Source: Podarcis vaucheri | Taxonomy: Eukaryota | DNA length: 64,000 nt | Assembly: GCA_965113315.1 (NCBI GenBank) | Contig: OZ220368.1 | Reading direction: 5' to 3' (one strand) | Shown: positions 37,601 through 49,582 of the stretch, piece after piece | How positions within the stretch are numbered: the first letter of the stretch is position 1 | Layout of the letters: every line of letters begins with the position of its first letter | Made by a program: the position numbers and the translations under genes | Notes under the pieces: model-generated | What the model was told of the DNA's origin: nothing | Database searches by the model: none | Seen by the model: the letters and a program-made list of their open reading frames with translations, nothing else

Positions 37601-40600
37601 AGCAGCAAGAATTCTTATAGCTAAATACTGGAAGACACAGGAGCTACCCACGCTGGAAGAATGGCACTCGCAGCTGATTGACTACATGGAATTAGCAGAA
37701 ATGACAGGCAGAATCCGAGATCTGGGAGAAGAGGCAGTGGAAGAGGACTGGAAAAAAATTAAGGACTATTTACAAAAACATTTTAAGTTATATGAATGTT
37801 AAGAATTTGTTAAGCCCTTGGGAAAAACACGCTTCAGCATTGAGATTGGTGAACGACGGAAATTAAGTTAAGGTTTTGAAAAGTATAAATTTGCGGAATT
37901 TATAATTAAATGAAAACACAAAAACATACAAAATAAGGTATTAATTTGCTGTTTATTTTTATTGTAAAGAAAGCAGGGGATGGAAGATCTGGGGAAGTCC
38001 AGTTGATTATGAAAATTGATTTGAAAAAGTGAATTTTTCTTTTTTTCTTTCTATAACTCTTTTTTCTTTATGTAAAACTGCTTTTGTTGTGTCACTGATG
38101 ATGTATTGTACCCTGGAAAAAAAGCAAATAAAAAAACCATTAAAAAAAAAAAGAAAAAAGAAACATCTATGTTTTCAGTGGGGTTTACTCCAGGGTGAGA
38201 ATGCCTAAGATTCCAGATTTTCTGTTTAATATACATCTATGATCATTTTTTCAAGTTCACCTTTTTTCATAGCTGTCTCCTTACTGTTGTTTTTCTCTCC
38301 TCTTTAAAGTCAGGACAGCCGTCAACTGTAATAGAGAACATCCACACCATTATTGCAGCAGCTGCTGTCAAGTTCAGCTCAGACCAGCTCAATCATCTCT
38401 TTGTCCTTATTCAGAAGGTGAGGCAACTACAGCAAGAAACTGAAATATATATATTGAAGTCTGTTTGGATCTAAAGATCATATTATGGATAACCAAAGCT
38501 TGGCCCAGTTGAAACTCAATTTGTTTTTTGTTTTGTCTTTTATTTATTCCCCCCCTCCCCTTCCTTCCCCTTTTGTAGAGTTGGGAATCTGAGAGTGATA
38601 GAGTGAGACAGAAGTTGCTAAGCTTGATAGGACGTATTGGTCGGGAAGCACGTGTAGAGACAACCACTGGAAAGGCATGAGTAATAAATTCCACTTTTAA
38701 GAGTTAACATGGAAGTTAACTTCTGTAATGAATGTTGATATTTATCTCTGTGTGTATATCCTTGTAGGTTCTTGAGGTTCTCTGGGAGTTGGCTCATCTT
38801 CCAACATTGCCCAGCAGTTTGATTCAACAAGCCTTGGAGGAGCATTTGACAATCCTTAGTGATGCATATGCAGTGAAGGAGGCAATAAAAAGAAGCTACA
38901 TCATCAAATGCATAGAAGACATCAAGAGGGTTAGTTTGCCCTATCTCTCAGAATGTATATTCCGCGCGCGCCGCCCCCAAATCTTCTAGATGTAACTTTA
39001 TTTGATTAGAAATGTTGCAGAACTTGAAGCTTGGCATATTCATTAGTTCTCACGTTTCACAGGACGCCTTGAAAAGGGAGAGTGTGTGTATCAGTTTGCT
39101 TCTTGTGAGAGTCATAGCCAGTATCTTGCCTTTGTTTCTGCCAAAAGCAGTGACTGTTTGCTGCGGGGAAGGTGCAAGAATGAAATTTGCAAATAGATCC
39201 ACGTGTCCTTCACAATGTAACCTATATATATTACAGAGAGAACTAAACAATGGATTTTGTGGAATTGAGGAATAGCTATAGTACAGACTACAAAAGTAAT
39301 CTGGAATGGGGAATAAAACTTTGAATGTTTATGCAGTCATTGTTACTAAGCATATCTATTACTGTACCTTCTCCTAATAGTCATCCCAACATCATAATCC
39401 TCAGTTTGTGTGGGTGGTACCAGCTTTACGTCAGCTCCATGAAATCACACGCTCCTTTATTAAGCAGACCTACCAAAAGCAAGATAAGGTAAGATAATTT
39501 TCGAGACAAAATTGTGTCTTGTGTGGAGGGATATGATATGATCAGGAGGGAGAAATGATCAGGAGGGAATGAATCTAAAAAATGGGATGCGTTCAGGGAC
39601 AACATTAAATACTGAGGGTTTGGGTACTTGGGACCTAAAAATGTTTGTTTGTTCTTTCAGTGTATAGATCAGTGGTTCCCAGGCTTTACAAATTTGAGGA
39701 CCACTTTTTAACCTCAATTTTTTTTGCAGGCCCTAGCATACAAATTGTTGTAATTTTAGGCTCTGTTAATTGAGCAAACACTATTATGTACTCAATACAG
39801 CATGCAACTCACTCTCTCAAGCTAGATTTTAAAGAAGGGGGAAATGTGTTTCTTTGGGTGGTCTTAAGAGCTGTCAGCAGTAGGATCTCCCAGAAATAGC
39901 TATTTCCCACTATTCAGATTGTGTCCGAATATTTGGTCTGGTGTAACTCACAAGTTCACATACCATGTTGTAAACTCTGGCATGGTCAGATATATTAGTT
40001 CTGATTAAAGATGTTCTTCTGACTCTCCTTTTTTTTCCGCAATAAAGGCTGTCTTGTATTGAGCCGCTTTTCCTCAGACCCTGCCCTCCATCAGCAGGAT
40101 CTTCCATTATTTCCCATTTTATCTTTGTATCCTCCTCTCCTCCTAACATTTTTTAAAAGAGTCATCCTTTAGAAAGCTTGTATCAGACTCTAGCCTTACT
40201 TATTTTGTTGATCCAGATAATTATGATTTAATTAGGGTTTTTCAGCTCTGCATCAATACTTTATATTTGTAAGTTTACCCTGTATTTTATCCTTTTAACC
40301 TTATTAAACTTTACTTGTGTAATTCTTGATTAAGTTCTACTAAGTAGAGGAAACGTATTGGCTGACACTGTGGGCCTAAAGTCTCATCCTTGAATCCAAA
40401 ATTTTCTTTGTATTTAGCCCCCCTCTTCCTAACTTTCTCCCTTTAACATGGCACCTGTGGTGTAGGGAACTGATGTGAAAAACAGCTATCAAACCCTGGG
40501 TCTGCTACATAGAAATCAGACTTAGACTTCCTATTTGAACAAAGCAATCACTGTCACAATGCCATGCCGTATTAGTGTCATTCTTAATGCTAAGTATTCA

Positions 40601-43600
40601 TAGTACGTTCAGATTTGGCTTTGGAAACGAAAGCACACGATTTTGTGCTGTGCTAACTGAAGTATGTATTTGAAGTGCTTAGTACTTCCTTCTGCACGAC
40701 TAGTGTCATGACTGGAAACTGTGGTGAATGAGGATAGAAATTATGAGACTTTTGAGGCCCTGATTGAATAGATGGCCAGGGTGGTGCAGCGAGGGAAACT
40801 TGTATTCGAGCCTTGAAAGTCTTAATTGTGCATGTTTTAATGCTCTGCTTAACACATATTTTCCAATACTTCTGCCAAGAGCATTATTCAGGATCTGAAG
40901 AAAAACTTTGAAATAGTGAAGCTGGTGACAAGCAGCTTAATAGCATGCCACCGATTGGCCGCATCTATGGCAGGTCCTGGGGGCCTGTCAGGAGCAACCT
41001 TAGTGGATTGCCGATACACGTACCGGGAGGTAAGCAAACTTGTGGCATTCAAACCAGATCACTTGGGGATAGCCCTGTATAGAAGCAACTTGTCTCTTTA
41101 CTGAGGCAGCGAGCTTGAATCTCTCAAGCCTCAAATTTGCAAAATGTTTCATAAAGGTCTGTTCGGAAATGTTAATTGCAGTTTGTGTTTGCTTCCTTTT
41201 CAGTACTTGGAGGCACATCTCAAATTTCTGGCATTTTTTCTCCAAGAGGCTACGCTTTACTTAGGATGGAATCGTGCTCGGGAAATCTGGGAATGCCTTG
41301 TGACAGGCCAAGATGTTTGTGAACTAGATCGAGAGGTGAGATGCTGTCCTTGGAATAAATGTAGCACTAATTTACTTGGAAACAATGTATCCTAAAGATG
41401 ATCTGGGGCTAAAATCAAAACACACTAGGAAAACAAAATCGTTTCACAAATCTGTAAAAAAATAAGGTGCTGTTATGAATGTTTGAGGGGCTATCAGGAG
41501 TAGACAAAAATTACTTTTAATTCTCAGTCATACGGATACTAGAGTTTTCTTAAATTGTTAGCAAATCCTCAAACAAATTTTGGTGCGTGGAGTAAACCAT
41601 AGTATGTCGGATATTTTAGAGCAGTGTAAAATATATCATTTAAAAACAGAATGTGAACCATAGTGTAAACTCTTTTCACAGATGTGCTTTGAATGGTTTA
41701 CAAAGGGGCAGCACGATCTCGAGAGTGATGTGCAGCAGCAGCTTTTTAAAGAAAAAATTCTTAAATTGGAGTCTTATGAAATCACTATGAATGGTATGTA
41801 AGTATTTTTGTTTTATCAGCCTTCTGTATAATAGTCAGATATCTTAGAATAAAATTTGGGGGGCTTGATAACGGCTGAAGATTGCAAACAGCTTCAGAGA
41901 CTAATGAAGTCAGACTTTAAAGCTTTTATTTTGCATGAGTAATGTTTCTGTGTTTGTTTAAATGAAAATAGCAGAATTCCTTTAAAATGTTAATTTTTAA
42001 AAACAGGTTTTGGTTTGTTTAAGACCTTTTTTGAAAATGTGAACCTCTGTGATCATCGATTGAAACGTCAAGGAACTCAGCTGGTAAGCAGCTTTCTATA
42101 AACTTGTTCCAGTGCAGTTCATAGGTCACAGCTGGCAAGTTTATTTGGAAAATAGTGTGCGCTATAAAATAGTGACCATTGGGAAGTGGCAGTTAGAATG
42201 TGGCTCTTCAAAGCTATAGTTACGGATTTTCCCTGACATTACTGGGATTTCAAAGGCGGAATTGACATCCAGGGGAATTTCTGAAAGGCAGCACTTTGTC
42301 CTGGATCAATTTTTAAAAATCGTGTTTTTTTCCCCTAACAAAAGCTCAACAATTTTGGGGGTTCCTTTAAATAATCTCAACAATTTTGGGGTGCCCTGGT
42401 TTTTACTTTTTGAAATATGGCAACCCTACTATAGTACATTAATTTGTCCTAAGTCAAGATTAGCTTTAGGGCTCAGATCACTTTTCTTTAACTTACTCAT
42501 ATGAAACAATCCATGAGCACAGTTAAATTCTTTGCTTTTACGTGCCTGGGAGGGAGGGGATTTTTCTAGGATTAACCAACATAATTAGAGGAGTCCTTAT
42601 TTGTACTCATATTACTATTACTTGTTATTAATAATAGTATCTTCAGTTTGTGATAGGATAAAGCTCTGCAACATGTGAAATATTTCAATAGTGTACTCTG
42701 ATCTGGGTGCTAACAATCTTAGTCTCTCTCTCTTTTATTTTGTCTAGCATGTAGAAAAACTGGAATTAATAGGAATGGATTTTATTTGGAAGATCGCAAT
42801 GGAGTCACCTGATGAAGAAATAGCAAATGAAGCTATTCAGCTAATAATAAACTATAGTTACATCAATCTAAATCCAAGACTAAAGAAGGTAACAACTCTG
42901 AATTGTTTTGGTGGCTGTACTTGTCCTAGAAGATGAGATGTAGGCTGCCTTCAGACGATCCTAACCCAGCATTCGGTATCTGTGTTAAAAGAACACGTGA
43001 GAGTAGGCAGCGAAGACTAACCTGATAGCTCCATGTGGGCACCCCATCCTCATTGCTGTCTCCATGACTTGGAGGGATAGCTGCTTCTACAGTGGAGAGC
43101 CTGCTCTATTTATGTGGGTTCCTCATGTGATTTTCAAGGATTCTAAATCTCACAGGTTGCCAAACTGAGTTGAGCAGGCTCTCTGCTGCAGAAGAAGTTA
43201 TTCCTCCAGCTCAAGGAGGGTGACAAGGCTGGGGAGTCAGAGGTTGTGTCCCTGTCCTCACTCTTGCACCTTTCATGTTGTTGTAAACAAATGTAGAATG
43301 CCTCAGTATTACCCCTGAAATGTGCAATCCCACCTCTTCCTTTGCGAGCACGGGGATTAGTAGCTTCCACTTGTTGACAATTGATAGTTTGCTGCATTTG
43401 TATGGAACTACAAACTATTAGCTTGTCACTGATTTGAAGTTAACTTGACACTGATTGAAGTTAACTTGTCACTGATTTGAAGTTGAACTTCTTTCTCTGC
43501 ATCTGCATGCTTCTTTGCACAGGAAGGAAGAGGGAAGGGGAAGAGATTGTGTGTGTGCGCGCGCGCGCGCTTACTGCTGTTCATTCATAATGGCAAGCCA

Positions 43601-46600
43601 TGGTTTGGGTTGTCTGAATAGAGACATGGACCGTGTACGTTTTTGTATTACCAACACTCTTTCTCCTACCCGTGCTCATGCTTAAATTCAGTAATATGTG
43701 TATAGTAGCAGTTCTCTGTATGTACTCTTCCTCTCTCTGCATGTGTGTGAATTAATGTTTTTAATATAGTTTAACACTTTTCATTCTTTTCAGGATTCAG
43801 TGTCACTCCATAAGAAATTCATTGCAGATTGTTATACAAGATTAGAAGTAAGTGTCAATCTTTTTTTTAAAAAATGTCCCGTTCTATTTTTTCTTTTTAT
43901 ATAATTGTAAAATAATTTCCAGCATTCCGCCTTGTACTGTACAGAAAGCCCTTTCTCAACTGGAGTAATGGAGCAGCCACCATGTTGGGTTATATCCACT
44001 AATTATCTGGGGCAGCAGGGAACTGCATGGTAGACTTATGACCCTAGGCAACGCCAGTTCTTTTCCTGTCTTTGCCTGGAACGCTGAACCTTCTCCCACC
44101 TTTGACCCAAGTAGAGTTATTCTTTTTTTTGGAATTGTATTTTCCATCTCTCTCTTGCCATGGTTGGAACTGGAGCCAGGAGCCTAGAGTCAGAGATCTT
44201 TTACCTGTTTACTTGCCTTGGGTGTAACCCTCAAACATCTTAACTAGATAGAGTATTCACATGGAGTAGCCAGTGCTCGTATCTTGAATATCATTAAAAT
44301 GAAGGTTTGTAGAGATGTCTGCCTGTTATGCCTTGGCACTAGCAAATTACTTTGCAGATAAAAGGCAAAGTTTAGGTTCTCAGTGCTGAAGAAGTTGCCG
44401 CACCATTACGTGGCCTTCCTTGTAATCCAGAAATAGCATGATGTTTCTTTCATTCTAGGCAGCCAGTTCAGCACTTGGTGGTCCAACGCTGACGCATGCT
44501 GTCACAAGAGCTACCAAAATGCTAACAGCAACTGCAATGCCTACTGTGGCAACATCGGTACAGTCTCCGTACAGGTAAGGTTTTGGTTTAGGAATAGATA
44601 AATATGATCTATGTTGGTTTGTTCTAGATAACCGTGATTTAGAGGACTGGGAATGTGCTGAAGGCTCACACCTTCCTTCAGTTTCAAGTTTTCTGTAACC
44701 ATGCCTTGCTAAGGTGTGCAAAACCATGGTATGAAATCCTCTTTAAACCATGCTAATGTGGTGAGCTGTAACCACAGTTTGCCCAACTTGCTTGTATTAA
44801 AAGAAAGCTCAGTAGTGAGGAGTGTCATATCTCACATTCCTGATCCACTAAACTTTAGAATGTTACATCTGAACCAGGTATTCTTGTGTGTGTGTGAAAT
44901 GGGTATGGGCCAAAGAAACTACCGAAATTAGAACTGGCACCTACAGTTTCATCATACATAAACACTTTACAAAGGATAGGTTTATTCAATGTATTTGTCC
45001 CCACAAATGAATGTTTCTGGGATTTGTTTGTTTGTTTTTGGTTGTTGTTTTTTTAAATACCTTGCAAAGGATTCACTGCAGAAGGTAGTTGCCAGAAGGG
45101 TGGTGCAAGTCTCTGGTTACAAAAAGAAGTGTTGAGTAAACACTTTTTAAAGGTTTGCTCAACTTATGCTGGCCTGTGATGAGAAGGAAAATAATACAAC
45201 ACAGCACAATGTAATATACCCTAAGTTCACCTTTTGGAAAATCAAGTGGTGCTCTGTTCCAGTTCCAAAAAAGAAGTGTTGTTCCTCTATTAAGCAAGTG
45301 TAGTAATCGTGGAACAAATAATGTGCACTTCCATTAAATTGATTTGAACAGCTGCTTAAAGAAGATCAAAGTTGGTACTAGTAGTATTTCTCAGGGAATG
45401 TACAACAGCATAGTAGTCATTTATGCAAGTGGGAAAAGTCTACAGTGAGGCTGCAGTTTACCAGCAACAGCACTGTAAAAATCTTAAATCTAAATGTTTT
45501 CTGTTGCTGATATGGCTTCTGTGATCCTTTTTCTACTGCTGTTTGGTCTCATCTGTATTTTTATTTGTAAGCTTCCTTGAGTTTACTGTTACCATGGAAA
45601 GGTGTGAGATATCGATACATTAATTCAATAAATGGAAAGATGAATTGGCCCAGGTATACAGCCAAGTGCAGAAGCTGGTGCTATTTCCCTAAAGCACTGA
45701 CCACGTTCCCCCTGGCCCTGAGGGGAAGGAGGGCAAATTGGAGGTATAAAATAGCATCAAAAACTGCAATAATCTGCAGCGCTGTCTTGCTATTGGCTCT
45801 TCTCTCACACCTTCTTCCCCACTAACATTTCTTTAAAATGTATGTTGTACCTCACTTTTTAAGCCCTTTTCAGGTGAAATAATAAAGTGTGTTGCTAGGT
45901 TTATCTTGAATTATGTGACCCCAAATAACAAAAGTTTAGGAAAAACTGGACTGAGTTTACTACTTATACTCCTCCATTCTTTTCTTTTGCTAGGCAACTA
46001 GGGTTGGAAGTATGTGTTAAGGATGATTTTTTTTCTCCTTGCTGCCACCGCCACCGGTACTTCATCACTAATCTGTGGTTACTTGGAATGCATAATATGA
46101 TATGACCCAGTTCAGGAATTTCTCTGGCTCTGCTTCACTTCATTGTGTAATGTGGAGCAGGTACAGCAAAACAGTGTGAAGACATCACATCACACTTCCT
46201 CTTTTTTAAATCAAATGTTACTGAGGTGATGGTGGGGAGGAGTGAATAAATCTAACTCCTTGACTGTTGCCACCTTGAAACTTGGTTCCAGCTTCTGCAT
46301 ACTCCTTGATAGTGAGAAATTTGTTTGGGGCACCTATCAGATAGTGGCCACAGGGCATAGTGTTGGTGGCTTTTGTCAGGCTGGTAGGTATTTTGAAGGA
46401 GCTCAACTGAGGTCTCACCCAACTGTCTCCCATTTATTTTGATTGCAATCTCCAGGTCAACGAAGCTTGTAATAATTGAGAGACTGCTGCTATTGGCAGA
46501 ACGCTACGTCATCACTATAGAGGTAAAAAAAAAAAAGTCTTTGTCATTTTGGTACCCATTTCCCTTTAGTTTGAGTAGCCCAGTAAGTGCAATGCTAAGT

Positions 46601-47338
46601 TTAGGCTTCAAGTTCTCCTATTGTTATTGTTATTGTTCTTATTTATTGAATTTATATACCGCTCTATCTTCTTCTTCTTTTGGCGATCACTCGTACCCGA
46701 GTAAGATTGTCTTCCATAAACATGGCTTTAACAATGAGTCCGTGAGTGACTGTGGAGGCCAATTCTGGACCCACACATCCTTCCACAGTGGGGACATTGG
46801 TTCCCAGGTGGAAGTTGATCATAGTGTGGATTTGCCAAGCGTGCCTTCCTCTTAGCAAGTTTCTCCCTTGCATCCTGAGTTTGGGTGTCTTCAAAGCCCA
46901 TGACACCTTTGGTAAATGCTGTTCTCCAATTCGAGCGCTCGCAGGCCAGTGTTTCCCAGTTGTCGGTGTTTATACTACATTTTTTAAGAATTGCCCTGAG
47001 ACCTGAGGATCTCAAGGTGGTTTACAAAATAAAATCAAAATATAAAACCACAAAATACATAATCAAAATAAAAACACCAACCCAATAACACACACATCCC
47101 ACTGTAGACTCATTGTTTAAGCAAGCAAGTTTCTATTAACTTTGGGCCGCATCAGAGAGTGAGGAGGATGAGAACCAACGCAGAACTGGATTGAAAAGGC
47201 TACAGTTTTATTAGTGGTGGCTACTTTTGTATTTGGCTGAACTGTGGCAGGGCAAGTGAACTGGTCCTGGAGCCCCAGTCTCTCAAGCTTTGGGAAGAAA
47301 TTTATACCTTGGAAGGTGACTAAGAAGTCCTAATAATA

Positions 47339-47376
<38 letters not shown>

Positions 47377-49549
47377 AACCCCTTAACAGCCCACTGCAAC
47401 AACAGTAGCATGCAGTGATCGGATCCTGCTCCTTGATCATGGCCCTGCTTACTACCCAAGTGAATGAGAACACTGAGCTTTACCCGAAATTGGGTCTCCT
47501 TTGAATGACCTAGGAGCAGGCTGGAGAGAAGATCTCCATTCTGGACCACCGCAACCCTCTCCACCCACAGGCCATGCGGCACCAAGCTGACTCGCTGAGG
47601 GAAAAGACCCATGAACAGTGCAGTGGCAAAGGCATGGACTTGCAGCTGCATGGCAAAGGCATGGACTTGCAGCTGACAGGCAGTGGCTCCTCATGATTTC
47701 ACAGCAGGAGCATTCCCAGCCCCAGCTGGAGCTTCTGGGAATTAAACCAGAGACCTTCTGTACACAAAGCAGATGTTCTGCCACTGAGTCCCAGCGATGA
47801 TGATGTCCAAAATATCCAGAGCACACCAGATTGGGGAAGGCTTTGCCGTATAATGGACGGATCATTGTGACAGCTAAAGCACAGATAAAAATGTTCAGTT
47901 GATCAGCTTACGCCAGTTTACATTTTAAATTGTTCTTTGATCATTTGTGTCAAAGGTCACTTTTACCACTTTCTTTCCATAGGACCTTTACTCCGTTCCA
48001 CGTACTATTCTACCTCACGGTGCCTCCTTTCATGGACATCTTTTAACACTTAATGTTATGTATGAATCTACCAAAGATACCTTTACAGTAGAGGTATGCT
48101 CTTGCAATTTTATTGCATTTTAAAATACTCAAATTTAAGGTGTGAAAATTCTCAGCAAAAAGGGAGTTGGGTGCTGATGCAAAGCAGGGGTCAGCAAACT
48201 TTTTCAGCAGGGGACCAGTCCACTGTCCCTCAGACCTTGTGGGAAGCCCGACTTCATTTTTTGAAGAAAAAAAATGAACGAAATCCTATGCCCCACAAAT
48301 AACCCAGAGATGCATTTTAAATAAAAGGACACATTCTACTCATGTAAAAACACTCTGATTCCCGGACCACCCGCTGGCCGGATTTAGAAGGTGATTGGGC
48401 CGAATCCAGGCCCCGGGCCTTAGTTTGCCTACCCATGATACAAAGAATATAGTAGCATTGGGATGTGCTAAATAATATGTTTTGAGTGTGTTATATATAA
48501 TGTCAAGGGTATGCTGAGTAAATGGGGATTGCAGGATAATGTGGGAAAGTTTCATGCACTTGTCCCTTATGAGTCACTGGTTTCTATCTGATAATACTTC
48601 CTAGAACTGAGAACATGAATGAACTAACTTCCACTTCATTTTTGCAGGCTCATAGCAATGAGATCATAGGGAGTGTCAGATGGAAGATAGCAAAGCTGTT
48701 GAATGCTCCTGTGGAAAACATACAGATATTTGCAAATGACAGCTTGGTATGTTAGGATGATTTTATCAATATTCTAGATGTGTACGGTTTGCAAAAGCTA
48801 AGAAAAGATATTGTATTTCAGCTAACAGTGAATAAAGATCAAAAGCTACTTCACCAGTTGGGCTTTTCTGAAGAACAAGCACTTACAGTAAAGACATCAG
48901 GAAGTGGAACCCCATCAGCAAGCTCTGCTGATTCCTCCACTAGCTCCAGCAACAGTAGTAATGTCTTCAGTTCATCATATGCAATGGAACAGGTACAACA
49001 TGGGGGGGGGATAAATATAGATTTCACACACACAAAGACACTTTTTCATTAATTAAGTTGGTTTCATTTCACTTTTAAAAAATGCTTTCCAGTATGTTCC
49101 ATTTCTCTGTACTCTGCATTGGTCATTCATGATTTAAATCTTTATAAAATTAGTTTGTCAGAATTTGAAAATCAGTTGGAAAGACTGAAGTAAGCTAGTG
49201 CTACATGCAGTTACTTATACTGATCCTGCACTTTTCCCCAGTTGAATTGAGATTCTTGATAAATCCAGCAGGAACTGCTAGCACACCTTTCTCATCTGAT
49301 TTTGATGAACGCAGGATTTCAGTGATCATTTCAGAAATGAATGCATCTGAAATGTTTAAGGTAGTTCTAACTGTAAGCAGAAATGGAAAAAGTAGAAAGC
49401 ATCCTCCCTGCTGCTGTTCATTATATTTGATGACACAGTTTAGAATTCCAAGGTCTAATGTTTTGGTTCACTCTGTACATAAAAGTTAAAAGTATTGGAA
49501 ATGTGAAGCTGTGGTTTCTTTGGCAGAATTTCAGATCAACACTGCAGTG

Positions 49550-49582
<33 letters not shown>

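Noticed and set aside
37284-37802. 172-aa intact ORF as a nested gene
   Set aside because: It is the C-terminus of L1 ORF2 in a 5'-truncated copy with poly-A and TSD
48747-48821. 75-nt intron (multiple of 3) as a possible retained coding insert
   Set aside because: In-frame TAG at the third codon (GTA TGT TAG); canonical GT-AG short intron
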